From the NCBI GenBank assembly GCA_937863185.1, contig CALMEG010000148.1, forward strand, positions 1 through 42,797: a stretch of DNA of 42,797 nucleotides, written 5' to 3'. A program made the translations under genes and the position numbers. Source of the stretch: an uncultured Rhodobacteraceae bacterium (GTDB lineage Bacteria > Pseudomonadota > Alphaproteobacteria > Rhodobacterales > Rhodobacteraceae). Below, in pieces: positions 35,581 through 42,797 of this stretch (positions are counted from its first letter, which is position 1; each line of letters begins with the position of its first letter). The notes under the pieces were generated by a model. The model searched no databases. It had not been told where the DNA came from and was given only the letters and a program-made list of their open reading frames with translations.

Positions 35581-37419
35581 ATGCCCCATTACCGTTCCCG
35601 CAAATCGACCCACGGCCGCAACATGGCGGGCGCGCGCGGCCTTTGGCGCGCGACCGGCATGACGGACGGGGATTTCGGCAAGCCGATCATCGCGGTCGTC
35701 AACTCGTTCACGCAATTCGTGCCGGGCCATGTCCACCTCAAGGATCTGGGCCAGATGGTCGCGCGCGAGATCGAGGCCGCCGGGGGCGTCGCCAAGGAGT
35801 TCAACACCATCGCGGTGGATGACGGCATCGCCATGGGCCATGACGGCATGCTCTATTCGCTGCCCTCGCGTGAACTGATCGCGGATTCGGTGGAATACAT
35901 GGTCAACGCCCATTGCGCCGACGCGATGGTCTGCATCTCGAACTGCGACAAGATCACGCCCGGCATGATGATGGCGGCGATGCGGCTGAACATTCCGGTC
36001 ATCTTCGTTTCGGGCGGCCCGATGGAGGCCGGCAAGGTCACGATCGACGATCTGGAACATGCGCTCGATCTGGTCGATGCGATGGTGGTGGCGGCCGATG
36101 ACAACTATACCGACGCGCAGGTCGAGGCGGTCGAGAAGGCCGCCTGTCCGACCTGCGGGTCGTGCTCGGGCATGTTCACGGCGAACTCGATGAACTGCCT
36201 GGCCGAGGCGCTTGGCCTTGCGCTGCCGGGCAACGGTTCCATGCTGGCGACGCATGCCGACCGCAAGGAGCTGTTCCTTGAGGCCGGGCGCAAGATCGTC
36301 GAGATCACCAAGCGCCATTACGAGGGCAACGAGCCGGGCCTTCTGCCGCGCGACATCGCCACCTTCGAGGCCTTCGAGAACGCCATGAGCCTCGATATCG
36401 CCATGGGCGGGTCCACCAACACCGTTCTGCACCTGCTGGCCATCGCCTATGAGGGCGAGGTGAAGTTCACCATGGACGACATGGACCGCCTCAGCCGCAA
36501 GGTGCCGTGCCTGTCCAAGGTCGCGCCCGCCAAGCAGGACGTGCACATGGAAGACGTGCACCGCGCGGGCGGCATCATGGCCATTCTGGGCGAGCTGATG
36601 CGCGGCGGGCTGCTGCATGGCGACGTGCGGACCGTGCATTCCGACACCCTCGCCGAGGCTATTGCGAAATGGGATGTGATGACGGCGAACGATCCCGCCG
36701 TGGAGCAGTTCTACCGCGCCGCGCCGGGCGGCGTGCGCACCACGCAGGCCTTCTCGACGCAGAACCGCTACAAGGAGCTGGACCGCGACCGCGAGGCCGG
36801 CGTGATCCGCTCGGTCGAACATGCGTTCACCAGGGATGGCGGGCTTGCGGTGCTGTTTGGCAATATCGCCGAGCATGGCTGCATCGTGAAAACCGCGGGC
36901 GTGGATGAATCGATCCTGAAATTCACCGGCACGGCCAAGGTCTTTGAAAGCCAGGACGATGCCGTGTCGGGCATCCTGACCGGCAAGGTCTCCGAGGGCG
37001 AGGTCGTGGTGATCCGCTACGAGGGGCCGCAGGGCGGGCCGGGCATGCAGGAAATGCTTTACCCCACCAGCTATCTGAAATCGAAGGGGCTGGGCAAGAA
37101 ATGCGCGCTGCTGACCGACGGGCGGTTCTCGGGCGGCACCTCGGGGCTGTCGATCGGGCATGTCTCGCCCGAGGCGGCCGAGGGCGGGCTGATCGGCCTT
37201 GTGGAAACCGGCGACCGGATCGAGATCGACATCCCCGAGCGCACCATCAATCTTGCCGTGGATGACGCGACGCTGGCGGCGCGGCGCGCGGCCAAGGGGC
37301 CGCTGCCCTGGGGTCCGGCCGCGCCGCGTCCGCGCGCGGTATCGACCGCGCTTCGGGCCTATGCGCTTCTGGCCTCGTCCGCCGCGATGGGCGGCGTGCG
37401 CGTGCTGCCCGGCAAGTAG
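35581..37419 (+). CDS. ilvD: Dihydroxy-acid dehydratase
   Basis: [27 protein letters not shown]... is near-identical in pattern to enterobacterial IlvD N-termini. It has the Fe-S motif CDKITPGM. An alternative in-frame ATG lies at 35572, 3 codons upstream. Confidence 0.9.
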   Translation: MPHYRSRKSTHGRNMAGARGLWRATGMTDGDFGKPIIAVVNSFTQFVPGHVHLKDLGQMVAREIEAAGGVAKEFNTIAVDDGIAMGHDGMLYSLPSRELIADSVEYMVNAHCADAMVCISNCDKITPGMMMAAMRLNIPVIFVSGGPMEAGKVTIDDLEHALDLVDAMVVAADDNYTDAQVEAVEKAACPTCGSCSGMFTANSMNCLAEALGLALPGNGSMLATHADRKELFLEAGRKIVEITKRHYEGNEPGLLPRDIATFEAFENAMSLDIAMGGSTNTVLHLLAIAYEGEVKFTMDDMDRLSRKVPCLSKVAPAKQDVHMEDVHRAGGIMAILGELMRGGLLHGDVRTVHSDTLAEAIAKWDVMTANDPAVEQFYRAAPGGVRTTQAFSTQNRYKELDRDREAGVIRSVEHAFTRDGGLAVLFGNIAEHGCIVKTAGVDESILKFTGTAKVFESQDDAVSGILTGKVSEGEVVVIRYEGPQGGPGMQEMLYPTSYLKSKGLGKKCALLTDGRFSGGTSGLSIGHVSPEAAEGGLIGLVETGDRIEIDIPERTINLAVDDATLAARRAAKGPLPWGPAAPRPRAVSTALRAYALLASSAAMGGVRVLPGK

Positions 37420-37435
37420 GATCGGATCGCCCGGC

Positions 37436-38308
37436 CTAGAACCACTGGCCGGGCTCCATCAGCCCCAGATCCATGAGCTGCTGCGACTGCCAGCGGAACG
37501 GCACCGAATTGCGCCAGTGGAAGGTCGGGATGTCATAGGTCGACCCGGGGTTGAGCTTCAGCGCCTTGGCCACCCGGAACGAGGCGATGCTGGCCGTCAG
37601 GTTGTGATGCCACGGGCAGGCATAGGTGTTGTATTCCTCGATGTTGAAGGTGTGGTCGGGGCGCAGTTTCAGCCCCCTGGCCGCGCGGAACAGCGCGATC
37701 CGGTCGATCTTGCGCCGGTCGGCGGGCACATGTTCCTCGAACCGCCACCGCAAGCCCCCGAAGAAATCCAGTTGCCGTTCCTTCGGGTGGCCGGAATTGG
37801 CCGGATCGGGGCGGGCAAGCGCGTAATAGCCCGAGCGATCCAGCTGCGCCTCGGTCAGGCTGACGGCATCGGGGTGGCGTGACAGGTCGGGCGCGTAAAG
37901 ATCGACCACATAGCACAGCATCGCATCGCGCCGTTCCTCGGTGTGAAAGGCCAGCAGCTCGCGCACCGAGCGGGTCTCGCTGAAGGGGAAGAAGAGGTAT
38001 TCGGCATTGTAGCAGTAATAAAGCCAGGTGCCGGGCGGGCAGGCGGCGATGACGCGGTTGACGGTATCGCCTGGCGCGTTCGGGGCATGCATGTCGCAGC
38101 CTATAAGGTGGATGCGCCCTTCCAGATCGGGCGGCAGCTCCAGCGCCGCGGGGGCCATCGCCAGAACCGTGCGGAATCCCAGTGCCAGGTGGTGGCGGAT
38201 CGTGCTTTCGACCTCGATCAGATCCTCGACCAGGATCAACGCCACCGGCCCGCGCGCAAGCACCGCCGCGCTGTCGGTAAGAAAAGCCTGCAATGACGCG
38301 TGCCGCAT
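37436..38308 (-). CDS. Uncharacterised cytoplasmic protein, 290 aa (no family recognised)
   Basis: This is the C-terminal 290 codons of the 835-aa ORF-track entry. Protein-like composition (W, Y, F, N, K present; e.g. [45 protein letters not shown]) starts at MRHASLQAF (ATG 38306-38308). Upstream of that, the frame is antisense to miaB and rich in Arg, Gly and His. Confidence 0.65.
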   Translation of the reverse strand: MRHASLQAFLTDSAAVLARGPVALILVEDLIEVESTIRHHLALGFRTVLAMAPAALELPPDLEGRIHLIGCDMHAPNAPGDTVNRVIAACPPGTWLYYCYNAEYLFFPFSETRSVRELLAFHTEERRDAMLCYVVDLYAPDLSRHPDAVSLTEAQLDRSGYYALARPDPANSGHPKERQLDFFGGLRWRFEEHVPADRRKIDRIALFRAARGLKLRPDHTFNIEEYNTYACPWHHNLTASIASFRVAKALKLNPGSTYDIPTFHWRNSVPFRWQSQQLMDLGLMEPGQWF

Positions 38309-38347
38309 GTCCCGCCTTTCGTTTGCGCCAAGATCGGCCAAGCCCCC

Positions 38348-38395
38348 GGCGATTGCAAGCGCGGGCGATTGCGGGCGCGGGCGGGTTGCGGGGGC
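38348..38395. repeat. Three imperfect 16-bp tandem repeats in the divergent promoter region
   Basis: GGCGATTGCAAGCGCG (38348-38363), GGCGATTGCGGGCGCG (38364-38379), GGCGGGTTGCGGGGGC (38380-38395). Confidence 0.7.
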
Positions 38396-38446
38396 AGGGG
38401 GTTTCGCGGTATCACGCGCCCTGCCGTTCAGCGCGGGGGCACCAGC

Positions 38447-39778
38447 ATGGCCGATCAGATCCAACCGAAGAAGCTGCACATCAAGACCTATGGCTGTCAG
38501 ATGAACGTCTATGACAGCGAGCGCATGGCCGAAGCCATGGGCGCCGAGGGCTATGTGCTGACCGAGGACGCGGCCGAGGCCGACATGGTCCTGCTGAACA
38601 CCTGCCATATCCGCGAGAAGGCCGCCGAGAAGGTCTATTCCGATCTGGGCCGGCTCAAGCCGCTCAAGGCGGCGCGGCCGGATCTGAAGATCGGCGTGGC
38701 GGGTTGCGTGGCGCAGGCCGAGGGCGAAGAGATCCGCCGCCGCATGCCGCTTGTGGATCTGGTCGTCGGCTCGCAGAACTATCACCGGCTGCCCGCCATG
38801 GTGCGCGCGGTCGAGGCCGGGGCGCATCCGGTGGATACCGAGTTTCCCGCCGAGGACAAGTTCGACCACCTGCCCGAGCGCCCCGCGACTGCGCGCCCGA
38901 CGGCGTTCCTGACCGTGCAGGAGGGCTGCGACAAGTTCTGCGCCTTCTGCGTGGTGCCCTATACCCGCGGCGCCGAGGTCAGCCGCCCCGTGGCGCGCAT
39001 CCTGTCCGAGGCGCAGAAGCTTGTGGACAGGGGCGTGAAGGAAATCACCCTTCTGGGCCAGAACGTGAACGGCTATCACGGCCAGGGCGAGGGCGGCGAC
39101 TGGGGCCTGGGCCGCCTGGTCCGCGCGCTTGCGCGCATCGACGGGCTGGAGCGGATCCGCTACACCACCTCGCATCCCAACGACATGACCGAGGACCTGA
39201 TCGCCGCGCATGGCGAGGAGCCCAAGCTGATGCCCTATCTGCACCTGCCGGTGCAGTCGGGCAGCGACCGCATCCTGAAGGCGATGAACCGCAAGCACAC
39301 CGCCGAGGATTACCTGCGCCTGATCGAGCGGATCCGCGCTGCGCGCCCCGACATGATGCTGTCGGGCGATTTCATCGTGGGCTTCCCCGGCGAGACAGAT
39401 GCCGATTTCGAGGACAGCCTGAGCCTGATCCGCGCGGTCAATTACGGCATGGCCTACAGCTTCAAATACTCGGCCCGTCCCGGCACGCCCGCGGCGGATC
39501 GTGCGCCGGTTGCGGCCGAACTGGCCGATGCGCGGCTGCAACGCCTTCAGGCGCTGATCACCGAACAGCAGCGCGCGGCGCAACACGCCATGGTCGGCTG
39601 CGAGGTCGGCGTGCTGTTCGAAAAGCCCGGACGGCTGCCGGGGCAATGGGTCGGCAAGTCCGATTACCTGCATGCCGTGCATGTCCACGCCGAGGGGCTG
39701 ACGCCCGGCCATCTGGCCCGCGTGCGCATCGTCTCGAGCGCGCCGAACTCGCTTGCCGGGGAAATCGTCGCGGGCTGA
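38447..39778 (+). CDS. miaB: tRNA-2-methylthio-N6-dimethylallyladenosine synthase (radical SAM methylthiotransferase)
   Basis: 443 aa from [25 protein letters not shown] (UPF0004 domain), radical-SAM [12 protein letters not shown]-like C-terminus. Confidence 0.9.
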   Translation: MADQIQPKKLHIKTYGCQMNVYDSERMAEAMGAEGYVLTEDAAEADMVLLNTCHIREKAAEKVYSDLGRLKPLKAARPDLKIGVAGCVAQAEGEEIRRRMPLVDLVVGSQNYHRLPAMVRAVEAGAHPVDTEFPAEDKFDHLPERPATARPTAFLTVQEGCDKFCAFCVVPYTRGAEVSRPVARILSEAQKLVDRGVKEITLLGQNVNGYHGQGEGGDWGLGRLVRALARIDGLERIRYTTSHPNDMTEDLIAAHGEEPKLMPYLHLPVQSGSDRILKAMNRKHTAEDYLRLIERIRAARPDMMLSGDFIVGFPGETDADFEDSLSLIRAVNYGMAYSFKYSARPGTPAADRAPVAAELADARLQRLQALITEQQRAAQHAMVGCEVGVLFEKPGRLPGQWVGKSDYLHAVHVHAEGLTPGHLARVRIVSSAPNSLAGEIVAG

Positions 39779-39975
39779 GCGGCGGGCGGTCCGGGGGCGG
39801 CGCCTTTTGCGGCGATTCTGTTCGGCCGCTGCCCGCAGGCGGGCGGCGCGGCGGGCCCTAATGTGATGCTTTGATGAAATTTCAGGCGCTGCGCACGCAA
39901 GTGTGAACCAAGACTTGCGTATGAACCCAAGCGCAGGCACCATATCTGTATCGAACTTTGCCAGGGAGATGCTTT

Positions 39976-40992
39976 TTGGGCTTTAGCGCGATAACCCCCC
40001 CGCCCCGTTCCCAGGATGCGCATGAAACGCTGCTGGAATTTCCGGACAACCGGCTGCTGATCGACCTGTGCGGAGAGTTTGACCGTAATCTGGCCCAGAT
40101 CGAGCACAAGCTTTCGGTGCATATCCTGCGCCGCGGCAACCAGCTTGCCGTGGTCGGCACGCCCGAGGCGCAGGCGCAGGCAAGCGCGGTCCTGACCCAG
40201 CTTTATGCGCGCCTTGAGCAGGGCCGCCCGGTCGACGCGGCCGAGATCGACGCGGTGATCCGCATGGGCGATCTGGGCGGCGATGTCGTGCCGCTGGACG
40301 AACAGCTCGAGATGTTCGCCGCGGGGCGCTACGAAATTCGCACCCGCAAGAAGCAGATCGAGCCGCGGACCGAGGCGCAGAAGCACTACGTCAAGCACCT
40401 GTTCGAGCATGAGCTGGCCTTCGGGATCGGCCCGGCGGGCACCGGCAAGACCTATCTGGCCGTGGCCGTGGGCGTGACCATGCTGATCGGCGGGCATGTC
40501 GACAAGATCATCCTGTCGCGCCCGGCGGTCGAGGCGGGCGAGCGTCTGGGTTTTCTGCCCGGCGACATGAAGGAGAAGGTCGATCCCTACATGCAGCCGC
40601 TCTATGACGCGCTGAACGACTTCCTGCCCGGCAAGCAACTCGCCAAGCTGATGGAGGAAAAGCGCATCGAGATCGCGCCCCTGGCCTTCATGCGCGGGCG
40701 CACGCTGTCCAACGCCTTCGTGGTGCTGGACGAGGCGCAGAACGCCACGACCATGCAGATGAAGATGTTCCTGACCCGGCTGGGGCAGGGCTCGCGCATG
40801 GTGGTGACGGGCGATCGCAGCCAGGTAGACCTGCCGCGCGGCACCGCCTCGGGGCTGGCGGATGCCGAGCGGATCCTTGAGGGGGTGAAGGGCGTCAGCT
40901 TCAACTATTTCACCGCGAAGGACGTGGTGCGCCATCCCCTTGTCGCGCGCATCATCGAGGCCTATGACCGCGCGGATGGAGATGCTGGTTGA
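39976..40992 (+). CDS. ybeZ: PhoH-family ATPase (YbeZ-like)
   Basis: Walker [13 protein letters not shown] and the PhoH core [19 protein letters not shown]. There is no in-frame ATG near the N-terminus. The TTG at 39976 with GGGAGA 6 nt upstream is preferred over the TTG at 39958. Confidence 0.85.
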   Translation: MGFSAITPPPRSQDAHETLLEFPDNRLLIDLCGEFDRNLAQIEHKLSVHILRRGNQLAVVGTPEAQAQASAVLTQLYARLEQGRPVDAAEIDAVIRMGDLGGDVVPLDEQLEMFAAGRYEIRTRKKQIEPRTEAQKHYVKHLFEHELAFGIGPAGTGKTYLAVAVGVTMLIGGHVDKIILSRPAVEAGERLGFLPGDMKEKVDPYMQPLYDALNDFLPGKQLAKLMEEKRIEIAPLAFMRGRTLSNAFVVLDEAQNATTMQMKMFLTRLGQGSRMVVTGDRSQVDLPRGTASGLADAERILEGVKGVSFNYFTAKDVVRHPLVARIIEAYDRADGDAG

Positions 40993-41482
40993 TACGCTGA
41001 TCGAGGATGCGCGGTGGGACGGGCTTGATCTGCCCGCCCTTGCCGAAACGGCCGCGCATGCCGTCCTGTCCGATCTCGGCCTTGCCGCCGAGGGGTTCGA
41101 GATCAGCCTGCTGGGCTGTGCCGATGACCGGATCGCGGTGCTGAACGCGGATTTCCGCGGCAAGCCCGCGCCGACCAACGTGCTCTCATGGCCCGCGCAG
41201 GAACGCGGCGCCGCCGAGGATGGCGGCGCGCCCGACCGCCCCGTGCCCGGCATGGCGCAGATGCCCGAGAGCCTTGGCGATATCGCCATCGCCTACGAGA
41301 CCTGCCTGCGCGAGGCCTTTGATCAGGGTAAGCCCGCGCGGGATCATGTGATCCATCTTCTGGTGCATGGCGTGCTGCATCTTTTGGGATACGATCACAT
41401 GCGCAATCGGGATGCCGCCTTGATGGAACAGGCTGAAATCCGCATTCTTGCGCAGTTGGGTATTGCCAACCCATATGAGTGA
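40976..41482 (+). CDS. ybeY: rRNA maturation endoribonuclease YbeY
   Basis: Metal-binding motif HLLVHGVLHLLGYDH. The start is ambiguous (in-frame ATGs at 40964, 40976 and 40982) and overlaps the end of the phoH-like gene. Confidence 0.85.
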   Translation: MEMLVDTLIEDARWDGLDLPALAETAAHAVLSDLGLAAEGFEISLLGCADDRIAVLNADFRGKPAPTNVLSWPAQERGAAEDGGAPDRPVPGMAQMPESLGDIAIAYETCLREAFDQGKPARDHVIHLLVHGVLHLLGYDHMRNRDAALMEQAEIRILAQLGIANPYE

Positions 41483-41520
41483 CGCCATCTGCTGATGGCA
41501 GGTGAATTTGGAAAGGACAG

Positions 41521-42426
41521 ATGGGACAAGCCGCAGACGGTGCTACCACCGCAGCCGCTTCTGCCGCGCCTTCGGGCGGGGAAGAGGCAGAGAGTCCGCA
41601 AGAGGCCGGGGCCTCGCGCGGTTTTTTCGGACGCATCATCGGGGCGCTGACCCCATCCGATCCCGAATTCCCGATGCAGCCGGCCGTCGCGCCGCCCGTG
41701 CCGGCGCTTCCGGGGCTTGGCAACCTGCGGCGCATGCGGGTGGGCGATGTCGCCATCCCCAAGGTCGAGATCGTGGCCGTGCCGGTCACCATCAACCGTG
41801 ACGAGCTGGTCGAGGTGTTTCGGGAACAGGGCTTTTCCCGCCTGCCGGTCTTCAAGGATACGCTCGACACGCCGCTTGGCCTTGTCCACCTGAAGGATCT
41901 GGCGCTGGAATACGGCTTCGGCAATGCCGGGACGGGGCGGTTCTCGGTGCGCAAGATGCTGCGCCCGATGCTGTATGTCCCGCCCTCGATGCCGATCGGG
42001 GTGCTGCTGCAAAAGATGCAGGCGCAGCGCATCCACATGGCGCTGGTGATCGACGAATATGGCGGGGTGGACGGGCTGGTCACGCTGGAAGACCTGATCG
42101 AGCAGGTCATCGGCGAGATCGAGGACGAACATGACGAGGCCGAGGGCGGCTTCTGGTCGCAGGAGAAGCCGGGCCAGTATCTGGTGCAGGCCCGCGCGCC
42201 CCTGGCCGAGTTCGAGGCCGAGATCGGCATGGGCCTGGCCGATGCCGAGGAGAATCAGGATATCGACTCGCTTGGCGGGCTCGTCTTCATGCAGATCGGG
42301 CGCGTGCCTGCGCGCGGCGAGGTGATCGTGATGGAGAACGGGGTGGAGTTCGAGGTGATCGACGCCGACCCGCGCCGCATCAAGCGCCTGCGCGTGCGCC
42401 TGCCGGGTGTGGCCCCGGCGGAATGA
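41521..42426 (+). CDS. ybeX: CBS-pair plus CorC/HlyC transporter-associated domain protein (YbeX/CorC/TlyC-like)
   Basis: 301 aa, RBS AAAGGA, CBS region VAIPKVEIVAV...IHMALVIDEYGGVDGLVTLEDLIEQVIGEIEDEHD, then the CorC_HlyC C-terminal domain. Confidence 0.85.
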   Translation: MGQAADGATTAAASAAPSGGEEAESPQEAGASRGFFGRIIGALTPSDPEFPMQPAVAPPVPALPGLGNLRRMRVGDVAIPKVEIVAVPVTINRDELVEVFREQGFSRLPVFKDTLDTPLGLVHLKDLALEYGFGNAGTGRFSVRKMLRPMLYVPPSMPIGVLLQKMQAQRIHMALVIDEYGGVDGLVTLEDLIEQVIGEIEDEHDEAEGGFWSQEKPGQYLVQARAPLAEFEAEIGMGLADAEENQDIDSLGGLVFMQIGRVPARGEVIVMENGVEFEVIDADPRRIKRLRVRLPGVAPAE

Positions 42427-42797
42427 GGCCGCGCCTGCCCGCCTTCCTGCATGCACCGGCCCGGCCCGGATGGCGGCTGCTTGCGATCTGTGCGCTGCTG
42501 GGGGCGGTGACGGGGCTGGGACAGGTGCCGGTGGGCTGGTGGCTGGCGGCCCTTGCGGGGCTGGCCGGGGTGATCTGGGCGAGTGCGCGCGCGCCGGGTG
42601 CGGCCCGGGCGGGGTGGCAGGGCTTTGCGGCAGGCTTCGGCTTTGCCTGCGTCACGCTTTACTGGATCGTGGAGCCGTTCTTCGTCGAGCCCGAGGTCTA
42701 TGGCTGGATGGCGCCTTTCGCGCTGGTGCTGATGGCGGCGGGGATGGGGCTGGTCTGGGCCGTGCCCCTGTGGGTTTGGCCTCGCCTCGGCCGGGGG
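42423..42797 (+). CDS. lnt: Apolipoprotein N-acyltransferase, N-terminal 125 codons (runs off the window)
   Basis: Manual translation from the ATG at 42423 (ATGA overlap with the ybeX stop) gives MRPRLPAFLHAPARPGWRLLAICALLGAVTGLGQVPVGWWLAALAGL...GFACVTLYWIVEPFFV..., a set of hydrophobic TM segments. The conserved ybeZ-ybeY-ybeX-lnt order supports the call. There is no stop before the window end. Confidence 0.6.
   Translation, partial: MRPRLPAFLHAPARPGWRLLAICALLGAVTGLGQVPVGWWLAALAGLAGVIWASARAPGAARAGWQGFAAGFGFACVTLYWIVEPFFVEPEVYGWMAPFALVLMAAGMGLVWAVPLWVWPRLGRG

Noticed and set aside
38348-38395. The tandem 16-mers, considered as a possible CRISPR or minisatellite locus.
   Set aside because: The units are contiguous with no spacers, there are only three copies, and no cas genes are present. 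I report it only as a short tandem repeat.
38309-39943. The N-terminal 545-codon extension of the 835-aa minus-strand ORF.
   Set aside because: It is antisense to miaB, which has unambiguous radical-SAM motifs. Protein-like composition only begins at the MRHASLQAF start at 38308.
42793-42797. The terminal GGGGG at the 3' end, considered as a second poly-G artefact.
   Set aside because: It is only five G and in frame with a plausible Lnt sequence (…PRLGRG). It does not differ from ordinary GC-rich coding sequence.

Overview
This is a very GC-rich, densely coding chromosomal segment. Gene content and order look alphaproteobacterial and Rhodobacteraceae-like; that placement is an inference from gene families, not a search result. 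I found no rRNA, tRNA, CRISPR array, IS or phage element by eye. Positions 1-52 are a pure poly-G run, almost certainly a sequencing or assembly artefact, which cuts off the first gene.

Gene content in order:
(1) An ectoine/hydroxyectoine catabolic island. A partial Ssd/DoeC-like aldehyde dehydrogenase and an AsnC/Lrp regulator sit on the minus strand. They diverge from a MocR-type regulator (EnuR-like), ehuABCD (ABC importer) and eutABC-eutD/doeA-eutE/doeB.
(2) A tctD-tctE two-component operon carrying a translationally coupled third gene for an orphan periplasmic solute-binding protein, divergent from tctCBA.
(3) A yhiI/rbbA/yhhJ-type operon: HlyD-family adaptor, fused double-ATPase-plus-permease ABC protein, and ABC-2 permease.
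(4) A DUF2946 protein followed by an OprC/NosA-type TonB-dependent copper receptor.
(5) A taurine dissimilation island: tauR (MocR-type), TRAP transporter tauKLM, a universal stress protein, tauXY, xsc, tauZ and pta.
(6) Housekeeping genes: ilvD, an uncharacterised 290-aa protein, then miaB-phoH(ybeZ)-ybeY-ybeX(corC)-lnt (partial).

Many long ORFs in the six-frame track are antisense artefacts typical of high-GC DNA, and I rejected them.

I do not see a clear-cut novel multi-gene system such as a defence island. The best candidates for unexplored biology are:
- the orphan binding protein coupled to TctE/TctD;
- a repeated AT-rich 10-13-mer that is a candidate EnuR operator;
- the DUF2946/OprC pair;
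- the uncharacterised 290-aa protein together with a 3 x 16-bp tandem repeat in its divergent promoter;
- a structured, AT-richer miaB-phoH spacer;
- recurrent GC-rich hairpins directly after each transporter binding-protein gene.

All functional calls come from reading motifs and gene order. No database search was run.
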